A DNA stretch of 62,165 bases, filler included, from Choristocarpus tenellus KU-1152 (Eukaryota > Protista > Phaeophyceae): NCBI GenBank assembly GCA_964200185.2. It is 9 parts of 9 records of this genome, joined end to end, with 100 filler letters (N's around TTAATTAATTAA, not from the genome) between each part and the next. Parts side by side here need not be neighbours in the genome. Positions count along the whole stretch, not along the records: positions 1 to 4,445 come from CAXNAD020014522.1; positions 4,546 to 7,392 come from CAXNAD020024231.1; positions 7,493 to 24,429 come from CAXNAD020000742.1; 6 more parts are not named here. One strand, given 5' to 3'. The notes under the pieces were generated by a model. It worked only from the letters and a program-made list of their open reading frames with translations, had not been told where the DNA came from and made no database searches. The translations under genes and the position numbers were made by a program. Of this stretch, positions 1 to 11,600 are shown piece after piece (the stretch's first letter is position 1; the number at the start of each line of letters is the position of its first letter).

Positions 1-2139
1 CAAACTACTCTCTTCTTTGCTGTCATTTCAAATCAGACACGTGCAACCAAATCCCACCAAACGAGCCAAAATCGATAAAAGGGTGAAAAACGGACGCCGA
101 CACCCCCCCCTCAGATACTTTGACCCAGATCCTATTTTTCTAGGGGACACCCAGGAGAAGGAGACCGATCACCTTTACTGTTTGTTAGTCTAAAAACACA
201 ACACGAATGGAGTGCATGCCCCACTCCCACTCCTGTCCCTTGGACCCCATGGATCCAACCCACCAGTGTTTTCATGCATCAGAAGGTCTGATGAAGGGAA
301 GTCCTTAACCCTATGTGACGACCTAGACTTGGAATGACACCCTCATATTGTTCGGTTTGAGCAGCAGGAAATAGATTGCAAAATAGTTTTCGTTGGTATG
401 ATAGCGTACAAACCCACACTTTCTGGAAGTCGTGAGGGACCTTATCACACTAGGAACAATGAGTGCCAATAGAAGGGCAAACAGTGCCAGCCTGTTAACA
501 AACATTGCCAAGGATACTGAGTGCAAATGAAGTCGAATATCCGAAAGAATACTTGTCTGCCCTATCTTTGGTGTGAGGTTCAAGCAAAGGAAGTACGCTT
601 GCTTTCGCACAGTAAATCATATGATAGTGATCTGCACGATCTGCTAATTTTTCCACCACGCTAAGCAGAATTTATTGTCTGGATATGGTTGCCTCTGCTT
701 GCACCCAATGCCACAAATGGCGTTGACGAGTATCCCTTGGGGATTTTTAACTTCATTTGCACCCCATACCCTCGGAGACTGATATTTGTTAGCAGTCTGG
801 TACTGTTTGCCCCTCTGTTTACACTCATTGTTCCCACTTTTAAAAGGTCTCTCCCGACCTAGAAATTGAATTTGTATGTGCAATCGTCCTGACAAATATA
901 ATTTATGTGCCCTACTTCCTGCCATTCAAAGTGGACAACTTAGTAGGGTGTCATTCAAGGTCCTTTGAGGCACATTTGGGTAAGCACTTCCATCCGTCGA
1001 ACTTTCTGACGCATGGAGGATGATAGTGGTTTGACCCACAGGATCCAAGGGGTCGAGAAGGAAGTGTGGCCTGTCCTCCTTTTTTTGTTATGTTGGTGCG
1101 TTTGTATCTTTATTACTATAATTAGTATTTTCATTACATTGTTAGAGGAGGGATTTCCCCAACTAGTGGTTAGAGGCACCCCATACTGCACTACTTCTTA
1201 CACTACCTATATCCTAAGTACTGACTTAACCGTTGCACTACGACTGACATGTCCGGACCAGGTCCACCAAGTAGTGGAACCTATCCAGTCCACGGATCAG
1301 ACAGGTTTCAATTTTTTCCGACATATTCGAACCAGGGCTGTCAGGTATTGTATCAGGACCAGGTCATGGGTCGGCATGAGGTTATGACAAGGTAAGTTGT
1401 ATTTCATACTATAACATTATCTGAGAGTAGATGGTACGATTACTTTATCCGTCCCGTTCAAAAATAATCTATTCTAGACTTCTGAGGAAAGTTGTGATTG
1501 GATTGATTTGATATACCATGTTGCCCATAGAGTATTGTCATTTTAATGCTGGACAAGTGTATTCCCACATGTATTTCGGACTATTTGAGACATAGTTCGA
1601 CCAGACTCGCCTGGTCTAAGATCTTTTTTCCATAATGGCCATCATCTATCATCATGGCAGGGCAACGGACCCGCCCGTCATCAATATGCTCTGATAGGGT
1701 TGGTCCATGACTGTCAACTGTTTAAACATGACCAGACACAGGTTCACCCAGTACCAATATATTCTAATAGTTTGGTTGACGGACTTCAACTAGCTTCATC
1801 ATCTATCTAGGCCACGGGCCTGCCCACAGCCATTACCTGTACCCTGGGCGTGCTAGTTACGTGGACTAATGAAAAGTCCTAGTTACGATCATTTGTAATT
1901 TCCGTTCCATATGCCACGTTTGGCGTCAGAATGACCAAAGGTATCTTAAAGTGGACTGAAACGAAATACCAAGGGTGTCAGGAGTACTCTAGAGATCTAC
2001 ACTACAGGGAGGCACACATCATAAATTGTGTACCCCTGTTGCACCTATCTGCACACTCGCTTTGTCCATGCCATGAGTAGCGTAAGACCGCTGACCCGTT
2101 CCTCTTGTTGTCACACCAGGACCACCACACTTCACTTGC

Positions 2140-2398
2140 GAGTGAAAGTATCTTAGAGGGTACGAGTTTTGCCCTATTTGTCCATTTGGGGCCTGGATCC
2201 AATGGGTTTTTTTAATGACATTTTCCTGCTCCAAAATGTTTAGGAGTAGGTAAAATGTACACATTATGAAAAGGTGTGTCCGAAACATAGACATTGACAC
2301 TTCCTAACAAACAGGATAACCAAAATTATATCAAAATCGCAACATTGAATTTTGATCCACAAATGGACGCGACTCTACCCTCTAAGATACTTTGGCTC
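2140..2398. mobile_element. MITE family A (Sola2-like non-autonomous element)
   Basis: Ends GAGTGAAAGTATCTTAGAGGGTA...TACCCTCTAAGATACTTTGGCTC. Interior aligns by eye with 14011-14270 and 22539-22770. No TSD recognisable at this copy. Confidence 0.85.
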
Positions 2399-2813
2399 AT
2401 TGACGACAACTGTTGAGTTTACAGTAGCCCCTTTTAGTTTTGGTTCTGGTTCTTCCCTAACAGATTAGAAAAATGTTAGAGGGCATAATAAATACTTAGT
2501 ACATACTATACGTATTAAAGACAATATACTGATTAATACATTTTAATGTATTTACCGTTGTTTTATGTGCAAATTGGTGTACCTGATATACCTGTCCTCT
2601 CTGTGGATATGTTGTGCTCTTTACTTCGTCTTTCCCTTTGTCCGGTCTCTGTTTTGCATTTGTTTTGATGCCTTCTCACATTTATATTTCCTGCTTTATA
2701 CTTGTAGTCGAGTATATCATTATAACCATTGACACGTTACAGGGATGGCCACGTGGAAAATAAATAAATAGAAAGGAAAGAACGCAATGAATCATAGTCG
2801 GGCAATAGAGACT

Positions 2814-2994
2814 GGGAAAAGTATCTGGGGGGGGGGGGTGGCGGCTGCCCATTTGGGACCAATTCGTTTATGTTGCGATTTTTGGGTGATTTAGTTGCAT
2901 GCTTCGGATGGATAGTGTAAGTGAACTTTTCTTGGTTATGGCCCAAATGGACACCCTGGTGTAGTCCCCTCCCCCCCCCCAGATACTTTGGGTC
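2814..2994. mobile_element. MITE family B-type copy
   Basis: GGGAAAAGTATCTG(n)...CCCAAATGGACACCCTGGTGTAG-C(n)-AGATACTTTGGGTC. Its right half recurs at about 20090-20200. Isolated similar ends lie at about 95-126, 24396-24420 and 59070-59105. Confidence 0.7.
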
Positions 2995-3202
2995 GGAATT
3001 CTGGGGGGAGTATCCGCCTAGCTGGCTCGAGGGGTTGGGTGGAGGCCCAAGTATTAACACCTTGTCCATATTGGCTCCTGTGCTGGACTAAAGCCATTTG
3101 TAGAAGAAGTCCCGTCCAGGTCTGGGGCCTGTAGGAACTTTTGCTAGCTTGGAGCGGAAGAACAAAAACAGACTCGGTGAGTTCGCTGGAAATCTTGTAG
3201 TG

Positions 3203-3357
3203 GGGTTAAAGTATCTGAGGAGGGGGGGTGGTTAGTGAGGGGGCGTCCGTTTGCTCCACGACTGAAGACAGCAATTCCAGTAACATTTGAGCTCCTTGTC
3301 GGGGCCGAAACCGACGCTCCCTCACTAACCACCCCCCCTGCCCAGATACTTTGACCC
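3203..3357. mobile_element. MITE family B (poly-G TIR)
   Basis: GGGTTAAAGTATCTGAGGAGGGGGGGTGGTTAGTGAGGG...CCCTCACTAACCACCCCCCCTGCCCAGATACTTTGACCC. Flanks agtg/aggg match 3 of 4. Confidence 0.8.
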
Positions 3358-4225
3358 AGGGCTTGCCCTTTTTTGATGCATTTTGTAATAAAATGCATTT
3401 AGGACCTGCGCTTGGCGCTTGAGTGGGTGTAGACTGTGTGATTATGGCTTAAGGAAGTTGCCGTTGGTTTCAAATTTTGGAGTTGGGTGGTTGCTGCCGT
3501 TTGGATTGGGTGTGGAAGAGGGGTCATCTGTTGTGAAAATCTCGCCTTGCGTTTTAGATGGTGGTATGGAGTACGAGATGTTTCTGCGTCTACGTTTTTT
3601 TAGCAAGGTTTCTGTCAATGGCTCTTACATCCGAGCAACGCAAAGAGGGGAGGAAAAAGGTTTGTGGGTTGCATATTCCGGGTGATATCCCTGGACAAAT
3701 CAGGTGCAGTTGGGTTAGGGTTAGTTGTTGGGTTTGACAATAAGTCGATTGTTGTTTGCACCATATTGCATACAGGTTGGAGTGTTGGTTGTGTGACATC
3801 GACGGTCTTAGCACCGTGTGCATGATTATGGTAGGAAGGGTTCTACGTGCTCCAGAGCACGCAAAGTGAGTGAAGACACAACTATTGCACCGCAATGGTT
3901 GTAGAATGGGGTTATCACAATAGGGTTGGCCGTAGGACAAACGCATCAAAATTTCGTATTGCGAGGTGCAATTTTTCTCATCCAAGGGGGTATTACGGGG
4001 CATGGCAGTGAAAGTATCAGAGAACAGTGGCAGAATACATCAATCCAGATGAAATCTAGGTTGCCACCAGGCCAATAAAAGCATGCGTATGAGGACACAT
4101 AGACACAAACTCTTCAAGAAGGTATTAAAACCTAGACACCAAATGTATAAACCCGTTGATTTAGAGAACGTTCGACCTCTCCAGCACAATATGTCTCTCG
4201 AGGCATGTGTCTGACTGGCGAAGTA

Positions 4226-4380
4226 GAGCCAAAGTATCTTTGAGGGTAGAGCCGCGTCCGTTTGGGGGCCAAAATCCAAAGTTGCGATTTTGATGCAAAT
4301 TTCACTTACCTCAAAACATTTCGGAGTAGGAAAATGTCATTAAAAAATCTGTGGAAAGTCAAGCCCCAAATGGACAAACT
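4226..4380. mobile_element. MITE family A, truncated copy in reverse orientation
   Basis: Starts GAGCCAAAGTATCTTTGAGGGTAGAGCCGCGTCC, the reverse complement of the family A right end. A similar end at 45983-46027 runs into a contig break. Confidence 0.75.
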
Positions 4381-4445
4381 GTTAAAACATAGGCTACTCA
4401 TTTGTTTCCTGTTGATATGGTACACATTACTACCAGCTTGTACTG

Positions 4446-4545
4446 NNNNNNNNNNNNNNNNNNNNNNNNNNNNNNNNNNNNNNNNNNNNTTAATTAATTA
4501 ANNNNNNNNNNNNNNNNNNNNNNNNNNNNNNNNNNNNNNNNNNNN
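4446..4545. other. Artificial contig-joining linker (N44-TTAATTAATTAA-N44)
   Basis: Identical 100-bp linkers with stops in all six frames also at 7393-7492, 24430-24529, 27756-27855, 32295-32394, 46028-46127, 56292-56391 and 58911-59010. Confidence 0.98.
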
Positions 4546-4752
4546 GTCGGTGTTATTATATTTCTTTCCTGAGGGGGGGGGGGGGGGGGGGGGGTGTTCT
4601 ATCCACTGCTGATCTGATCTGTTGTCTCAATGCACGCCTGTGCCGAATTGAGGCTTACCACTCACCCTTCTGTATCGCATGCATCGGTGCACATGCATCC
4701 ACTTGGCCTGTGCTGGAAAATGTAACTGCTGTGGTACAACGGTGGAGCTCAG

Positions 4753-5878
4753 CTGTGTGGACTACGGCCACACCTTCAGCAAGATCATTGAGATGGTGCC
4801 TAATGCGGACATCATGCATGGGGAGGCGGTGAATGTGGATGGGTTCCTTAGCCTTGTCATTGCTGAGCGCCGCAAGCTCATCTCTGTGGAGACTAGGGAC
4901 AGGGTGTTCCGCGTGATGAAGAGCATTGGTCTGCCCACGATCCACCCTGGTGTGAAGCCCCAAGAGATGAACAAGGTATGGTACAATTTTGGTTTTCCCG
5001 CCTTCCAGCGCCATGGCTGGCCAGGTGTCGTGCTTCATGTGTATTTGTGTTTACTAGGGATGGAGTTTTTGCTCTCTTCTTGGTAATATATAAATAGTTA
5101 TTCCTGAAGCGTCTTCTGAGTTTGGAGGTGGTTAGGCTTGACCAGAGGTTACATGCCGGCATCAAAGGGGGTAGATTGTTGTGGGTATGAGGGTTGGGAG
5201 GGGCATGTGCTTCATGGCCTGATTAGTCCAGCAACAAGGAGCTACCTCGGTCACATTTGACCTCTTCCTCTTTGGTCACATTTGACCTCCACCTACTTGG
5301 TCACATTTGACCTCTACCTTGTTCACATTGACCTCTTTTGAGACCTCATCCAAGCCTGTAGGGTGAGTGAGGTTTATACTTCTGTCTGGGAGGGCAGCGT
5401 AATGAGCACACACAGAGTCGTCGACGCAGCAGGTGAGGTATGCAGCTGGCTGCGCCAATAGCACAGGATGCAAAGGTGGTCCAAGCTATCTTTTTTATAT
5501 ATATCTTGACACCGCGGTCCTCACCATGGGCATGAGGATCCTGGCTTACATATTGCAGTGCTACGTGGTGGCCTCATCCCCTGGCTTGACAAGCCCAGTT
5601 GGATTTATTACTCTCTAGTAGCTTTTTTGAAAGTGTTGAATTTGTTGTTATGTACTGGTGTGATCACACAGGCCCGAACCAACGATTAGATTAACCTCGA
5701 TTTGCAAACTTGCCTTCAATAGGCGCTGCAGGATGCTGTGGAGCACCGTCATGGCAAGCAGCGCGTTCCACTGGTGTCAGGTGGCATTGGCAACTCTGTT
5801 TGTGTCAATGACATCACCCCTGAGGAGCTCGAGGGTGCCATTGACCAAGCCTGGGCTCTGCATGGCGTACGCCTCTAA
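4753..5878 (+). CDS. Sedoheptulose 7-phosphate cyclase (2-epi-5-epi-valiolone synthase-like; DHQS superfamily), last two exons
   Basis: Exons about 4753-4975 (CVDYGHTFSKIIEM...MHGEAVNVDGF...GLPTIHP) and 5723-5878 (ALQDAVEHRHGKQRVPL...CVNDITPEELEGAI...stop) join through a phase-0 GT-AG intron. GHT and HGEAV are the metal-binding motifs. The 5' part is off-contig. Confidence 0.85.
5249..5335. repeat. Intronic minisatellite, about 25-bp unit x4 (GGTCACATTTGACCTC core)
   Basis: Core at 5249, 5274 and 5299, degenerate copy at 5321. Confidence 0.85.
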
Positions 5879-7511
5879 AGTATTCAAGGGCCGATTGGAA
5901 TCACCAGTGGGGTGTGGGTGAATTGAGGTTGTCACACCTTCCCCGGCACCCCTGCATCCCAAATCTTTGTCCATCTCTTCAGCAGAGTGGATTGGGACAG
6001 TGGTTCTCAGGATGAGTTGGATGGTGAGTACAGGATGGGCGTTGGTTGGTCATGGCATGAGGGGTCATCGAAGGAGAAGAGGACGGCAGTTTTGTGAAGA
6101 TTTTGTTATGATTTTTTGCCTATGTGGTCGCTGTGCTGAAGACAAGTCAGGTGAGGTGAGGCAGCAGGTAGAGGGCCGGGTGGGTGTGGGGGGATGGAGG
6201 GTTGACAGAGAGAGCACCTCATTGACCTGCCAGATGCTTTTGAGTGGTGATGGGAATGGATGGGATCGATTCTGTCTCGCGGAGTGGGAGGTTTGGAGTC
6301 ATGGACCATGGGGGGGCGGGGGGACGGGGGGGAGGAAGAAGAAGAGAGCAAATTATTTTGACATAAAAAGTACAGTAGTTGCTGTATTTGAACAGCATGT
6401 CTCGATGTGAGACTTCAGTGGATATTTACGGAGGAACAGTCCGGGCTGGCAGATTAAATTTTGTGTGCATCACTGGTGTGTTGAGAGGGATGGGTAAAGG
6501 AGAGCGGAGGTATGGGAGCTGAGCGGGACCTGGACATGTTTGATTGTTAGGACTACAGGGACGGGACAAGAAAATAGATGAATTTTTAAATTTTTGTTTC
6601 AAAATCAGTCAGTGAAGTAAGTTTTCACGTTCCTTCAAAATAGTGGGATGTGCTTCCAATGAAAAAATTGTGTTCCTTAAAATGAGGAAAGTATGTCCAT
6701 TTTTTTGCATTTTTGTTTTATTTTTTCTTGAGAGGAGAGAGATCAATGGAAATGTGTGGAAGACCCTTGAAAAAAAAAAGGAAGATAAGGTTGAGGTTTC
6801 AATGTATGGATTGACTCTTTTTTTCACTATACCTTTTTTGTGGATTGGCAGTGATAAAGGAGTACTTTTTATACGGATTTGGTCATTTTGTAGCAATTTA
6901 TGTACGATGGAAGAGGTGGACAGTAGTAGTTGGGTATTCATGTGTGGCAAGGGAGGAGAGGTGGGGGGCTGTGTAGCATGGGCCTACTGTTGTAGCAATG
7001 AGCAATAGTTTTGGATGAATTGAAGGGTGGTGTGTAAAGAGCCAAGGGGTGGAATGAAAAGTTGTGGGGTTGTGGAGAGGAGGAATGAAAAGAGCCAAGG
7101 GGTGGAAGCAGTCTTCGAATCCCTCGCTCACCTCTTCATAGTATAAAGTATGTTTTGATCTATGGCAGCAACATGTGTTCTTTTTTCGAGATTCAGTTTA
7201 TTTTTTCCCACAAACTGCTCTGAGTGTAAGGGTTGGGGTTGGAGCAGAAGTATTTCATTTCTAGGAGGAGGTCTCGGGCTATGGGTTGCTTTTGTGGCCC
7301 TGGTAGTGCTGGGGGGGGGGGGGGGGGGGGGGGGGGTGTGGGGGGGGGGGGTGGGGGTTTGTTGGTGGGGGGGGGTGGGAGGGGGGTGAGGGNNNNNNNN
7401 NNNNNNNNNNNNNNNNNNNNNNNNNNNNNNNNNNNNTTAATTAATTAANNNNNNNNNNNNNNNNNNNNNNNNNNNNNNNNNNNNNNNNNNNNCAGTCAAT
7501 TTGGGGTCAAG

Positions 7512-7557
7512 CCCATCCTCAATGAAAAGCTCCATCCTCAATTTTTGAAATCGGCTG
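7512..7557 (-). mobile_element. Terminus of a repeated DNA transposon (5'-CAG end, hAT-like?)
   Basis: 7512-7559 is identical to 56392-56439. A diverged copy in the opposite orientation lies at 62101-62145. All three run into contig or window ends. Confidence 0.6.
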
Positions 7558-8608
7558 TTCTTACCACCGCCGTCTTATTCGCAGATTGTTTCTCTTCCTT
7601 AACCTCAATTTTCCCTTCCAGTGATGCTTATACACACCAATGGACGAAGTTCACATGAAAAACAACTCTAGGGAGTTTGCTTGGTCCATGGAGAAACACC
7701 GTGGTAGGTCAGATGGAAAACTATCATAAGACCATCCACAGTGGAATGCCTTGTTCTCTCAGGCGCAAGAATTGGCACAAAGGCGCTCTCAAGTACTTAT
7801 TTTCCCTCTTGCTTTGGGTTGAGTGGGAGGTAGGGGTATTATGTGGGTCGTGGAACAAACCAACCAATGAACCGGGTAAGAAAAAAGGTAGTGTTGACAT
7901 GCCTACACTTCACTGACTTGTTTTTTCTTACATCCTCACTGTGTATACTAATAATATAACTGAGGATGTTGATTGTCCACACCTGATCTCATCATCATAT
8001 CAGGGACAGAACATGATCATTATGTTCAGTACACGATATGATAATAACTGAAGGATAGCTCTACCAAGTGAGCATGTCAAGACTCCACCCCGTGAGGCTC
8101 TTGTTTTGTGTGTGTGTATTTTTGTTGTACTAGATATCACTCCACCTTACGGCCTTTTCAATATATGGTATTCCATTTGACACACCACAGAGCATTTCCA
8201 AGGGTTCGTCAAATACACAATGGTATGTGCATGGGTCCTCGTCAGAGAAAACAAGCGCATTGGAATAAAGTTCAGGGGGGCCACTGGTGTACCATTAGCG
8301 TACTGTCAGCGTGTTTATACGCCCTAGGGCAAAGAAGATTTTCAGCTTTTCAATATCTCGTGCACCCTATATTTGTTACAGCACAAGCTCCAGAAGCTTA
8401 CCTTCACAGGATGTATAGCTCCAATCCGCAGGCCTATAGATGACGCTGATGCTCATATAATACAAGGCTCCCAGTCAAGAAGATCTAATCCACAGGTTAA
8501 TGAACGTCAGCTCAGCAGCACAGGGGTACTTTTGATGGATCAATAAGCATGCAGATGAGGACTGGTATCAGTTAAGAGTGAGTCGTGGGGGTGCTCAAGC
8601 CATTTGGG

Positions 8609-8869
8609 ATCTGAGCTGTATTAGGATATCTTATCGTCATTTACCGTTTTGTTTCTTTGGTTTACAGACATTGGAATACATCTGAGAACCATTGCGACCT
8701 TCCCAAGTTACAAATTCTATTCTACAACTTTTAGCAAATCTGAGCTGTATTAGGATATCTTATCGTCATATACCGTTTTGTTTCTTTGGTTTACAGACAT
8801 TGGAATACATCTGAGAACCACTGCGACCTTCCCAAGTTACAAATTCTATTCTACAACTTTTAGCAAATC
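8609..8869. repeat. Tandem duplication, 129-bp unit x2
   Basis: Units begin ATCTGAGCTGTATTAGG at 8609 and 8738 and are nearly identical. Confidence 0.95.
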
Positions 8870-10315
8870 GGAGTTCCCCCTCTTGGAGTTCCACACGCGC
8901 GTACACTGCTCGCTCCGGTTAAAGTACGGTAGGAAATACTCATGCTATTCGCCTGCAACATATTATGCATGACAGAAGAGGGCATCGATCACAAACGATG
9001 AAATGTGATACTTCAGTTATGGAGATACTCATCATGTGGAGTCTGAACATTGTACTAACATGCCTGGATGTAGGGGTATACATTACTCTTGTGTAAATGC
9101 GTATACTTCTAGTAATTCCACGGTTCCTGTTGAGTCCTTTCATCAGGCACTCATTGTTGGCATACCTGATATGCAAAGAAATAAGCGGATTAAGCTATCT
9201 TGTCAACGAGACGGTCCAGCCGCAAAGGTATCTTGCTTATAATAGTGTGAGCGGCCACCTATTTTGCGAACAATGTGTCACAGAGTTTTGTACTGATCAA
9301 GGCTCCTCAGAATAGGATAGTATATTGTTCACGCTATGTGAAGCCAGGATGAACAGCTCTTTCCCTCTATGAAATGAAACGTCTCATTCCTGTTACTGCT
9401 GCACTCGTTGCTTCATGCAGTTTACCATGACTATGCATCATCAGATCTCACCTTCTTAAATGATAGACTTGATCGTACAGAAGGTACACACACTATTGTC
9501 TTGGCATGCGAACCGAAATGTCTATGTTGTTTTCAAGATCTTACTCTTGTTTGCTATCGCTGACCAAGAGTGACCCTGTATCACTGTGGAGAAAGCTGAA
9601 CGTTACCAGATGAATTCTGGAGTATATCATATGTAATCGACTCTGTAGTGCTCTATGACATCATGAACTTGCTTGGACTGTCATCTGTTCCTGTGGATGT
9701 CGACAAAATCCCCCCCTTCAAGAAATTCCCCATAATGACCTAAATATTCTCCTCTGCATTTCACATGTTAAATATATAGAGTCCACGTGTAAATCCATGT
9801 AAAAGGTAAAAAAACTCGTGGGGTTGCTCTGGGTCAACTTGCATTGGATTGTCGAATCCGTAGTGACCTAGTGCCCGAGTTTTTTTTTGAAGCAATGGTG
9901 TCAACTATCTTGGGTCAGGTTTCAATGAACCAGGGTCAACTGCCATACCTCCTAACTCCAACTTTGTCAAATTGTATCGATTGTGTGAAGATTTCATTAT
10001 ATTTGTCACCTCTCAGCACTATCCAACACAGATCGATATGCCTGTGATACTTTTATTAACGTTAAGCTCAAATAAAAACACCTTGAACAGTTTCGACTTT
10101 CATAATGTTTAAAAGGTGCGAAAGAGTCCTATTATCTTAAAGGAAGCCCTATTCAGGTCCTTTTGAATTATTTATGACACTAAAAATCTTCTGTCTGACA
10201 CACACACAACTCATGCCTTAAATGCAGTTGCCCCCCTCAGAGGGCTGTAGCTGTAGCAGAGGAGGTGATCGTTCATCCACACAATATGCGCGAAATCACC
10301 TTCCAGAGTCCTTTA

Positions 10316-10581
10316 GACCTAACGTGTCCTAGAGGGGGTGTCAGGTGTCCATTTGGGCCTATGTATCTTGTAGTGATTTTCTTGTCGTTTGACAGAATGC
10401 GTCAGGTTTAAGGGCAATTTCCTCCATTTGGACACAACTTAATTCTCTATCCCCCTGCCAGGACCAAATCCAAAGAAAAATTGCCTGCAAAACAGGCCTC
10501 AAACTGGGGTGCTTTACAATACCCCGTCAAGCCTTGAATGGGCAACCTATGCAAAATGTATCCTCTAGGATACTATAGGCC
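10316..10581. mobile_element. MITE family C (degenerate TIR)
   Basis: GACCTAACGTGTCCTAGAGG...CCTCTAGGATACTATAGGCC. Flanks ttta/ttga. Carries the subterminal GTCCATTTGGG also found in families A and B. Confidence 0.6.
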
Positions 10582-10769
10582 TTGATCATATGCACAAGAA
10601 GGCAGTCACAAAGGGCCCAATCACTCAATGACACGCCCTTCTAATACAGGATGACTTGTAGATCCTGACACTGGAGAAGTAAAACACTCTGTGCATAAAA
10701 GTGTAATTCGTTTCTAAGCAAGGTGCAAAACCCCACACAATGCTACAACCTAAGTGTGTAGTGTGTCCT

Positions 10770-11600
10770 GAGTTGAAACTTTAGTAATCCCCTCACCTGG
10801 CGTGAAATATATATATTTTTATTTCTCGGTAGTTCAGGGGTTTACTACAATTTCAACAATTGCTAGTATAAGGGTTTGCAAGCTCTTATATTGATTACGT
10901 TTGCCCGAGGGTTGCTCTCCCTCTAACCAGGGACTACCTTTCTCGGCGGGGCAGTTACTATAGTGCAGTTTCGTATCTTGTGGCATGTTAAACCTTTTCA
11001 CAATGTGCAACCATCACAAGGATCGAACTAACAGGAATAGCGTCTGTTGAAATTTTAGTGGTCCCCTCAACTATGTAAGTAAGTTGGTCGCAACAAATTT
11101 CACTTTCGTAGGTTCGATCCTCGTCGTGGTATCACATGTGTCAGGAGGGGACAAGGACAACAAACCCTACTTTCGTGGGTTCACTCCCTGTCATGGTTAC
11201 ACACCTGTCGAAGGCTAACTCACCGCTAGGATACATAACCACACTTCAGTATTATGACTGCACACCAAGAAAAGGCAGTGGCTGAATGAAGGGACAGGGA
11301 ACCTTTAGCGAAACACAGTAAAGTATAACACATTATGAACCCTGGGAAAAGCTTTCGAAATGGAAAAATAAGGTGATGTTAGAACTTTGATTATCCCCTG
11401 GGGTACCGAGAAGTAATCCCCCGAGTTAGAGGGGACGTATTCAGCTCAGGAGATTACTATAGTTTCAACGAACACTACTAATTGTGGGTTCGGTCACCGT
11501 CATAATTACATATCTGTCAAGAGTAAAAAATGCCACAAAAATATATAACCAAAATATAGTAACCGCCCCACCAAAGAAAATATGAGTGGAGTGTGGCGTA
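10770..11600. repeat. Cluster of degenerate direct and inverted copies of one repeat (possibly a tRNA-derived SINE)
   Basis: About 10880-11030 is an imperfect reverse complement of about 11175-11335. 10773-10860 mirrors parts of 11375-11470. A B-box-like GGTTCGATCC sits at about 11111. Confidence 0.5.

Noticed and set aside
284-315. Hammerhead-like CTGATGA with a short stem
   Set aside because: The required GAAA core is absent.
5249-5335. CRISPR-like palindromic repeats
   Set aside because: The repeat is 16 nt, the spacers are only 6-9 nt and similar to each other, the site is intronic, and there are no cas genes.
7162-7448. Poly-Gly/poly-Pro ORFs (also 24474-24664, 27506-27803)
   Set aside because: They are translations of G/C homopolymers at contig ends, possibly sequencing artefacts.
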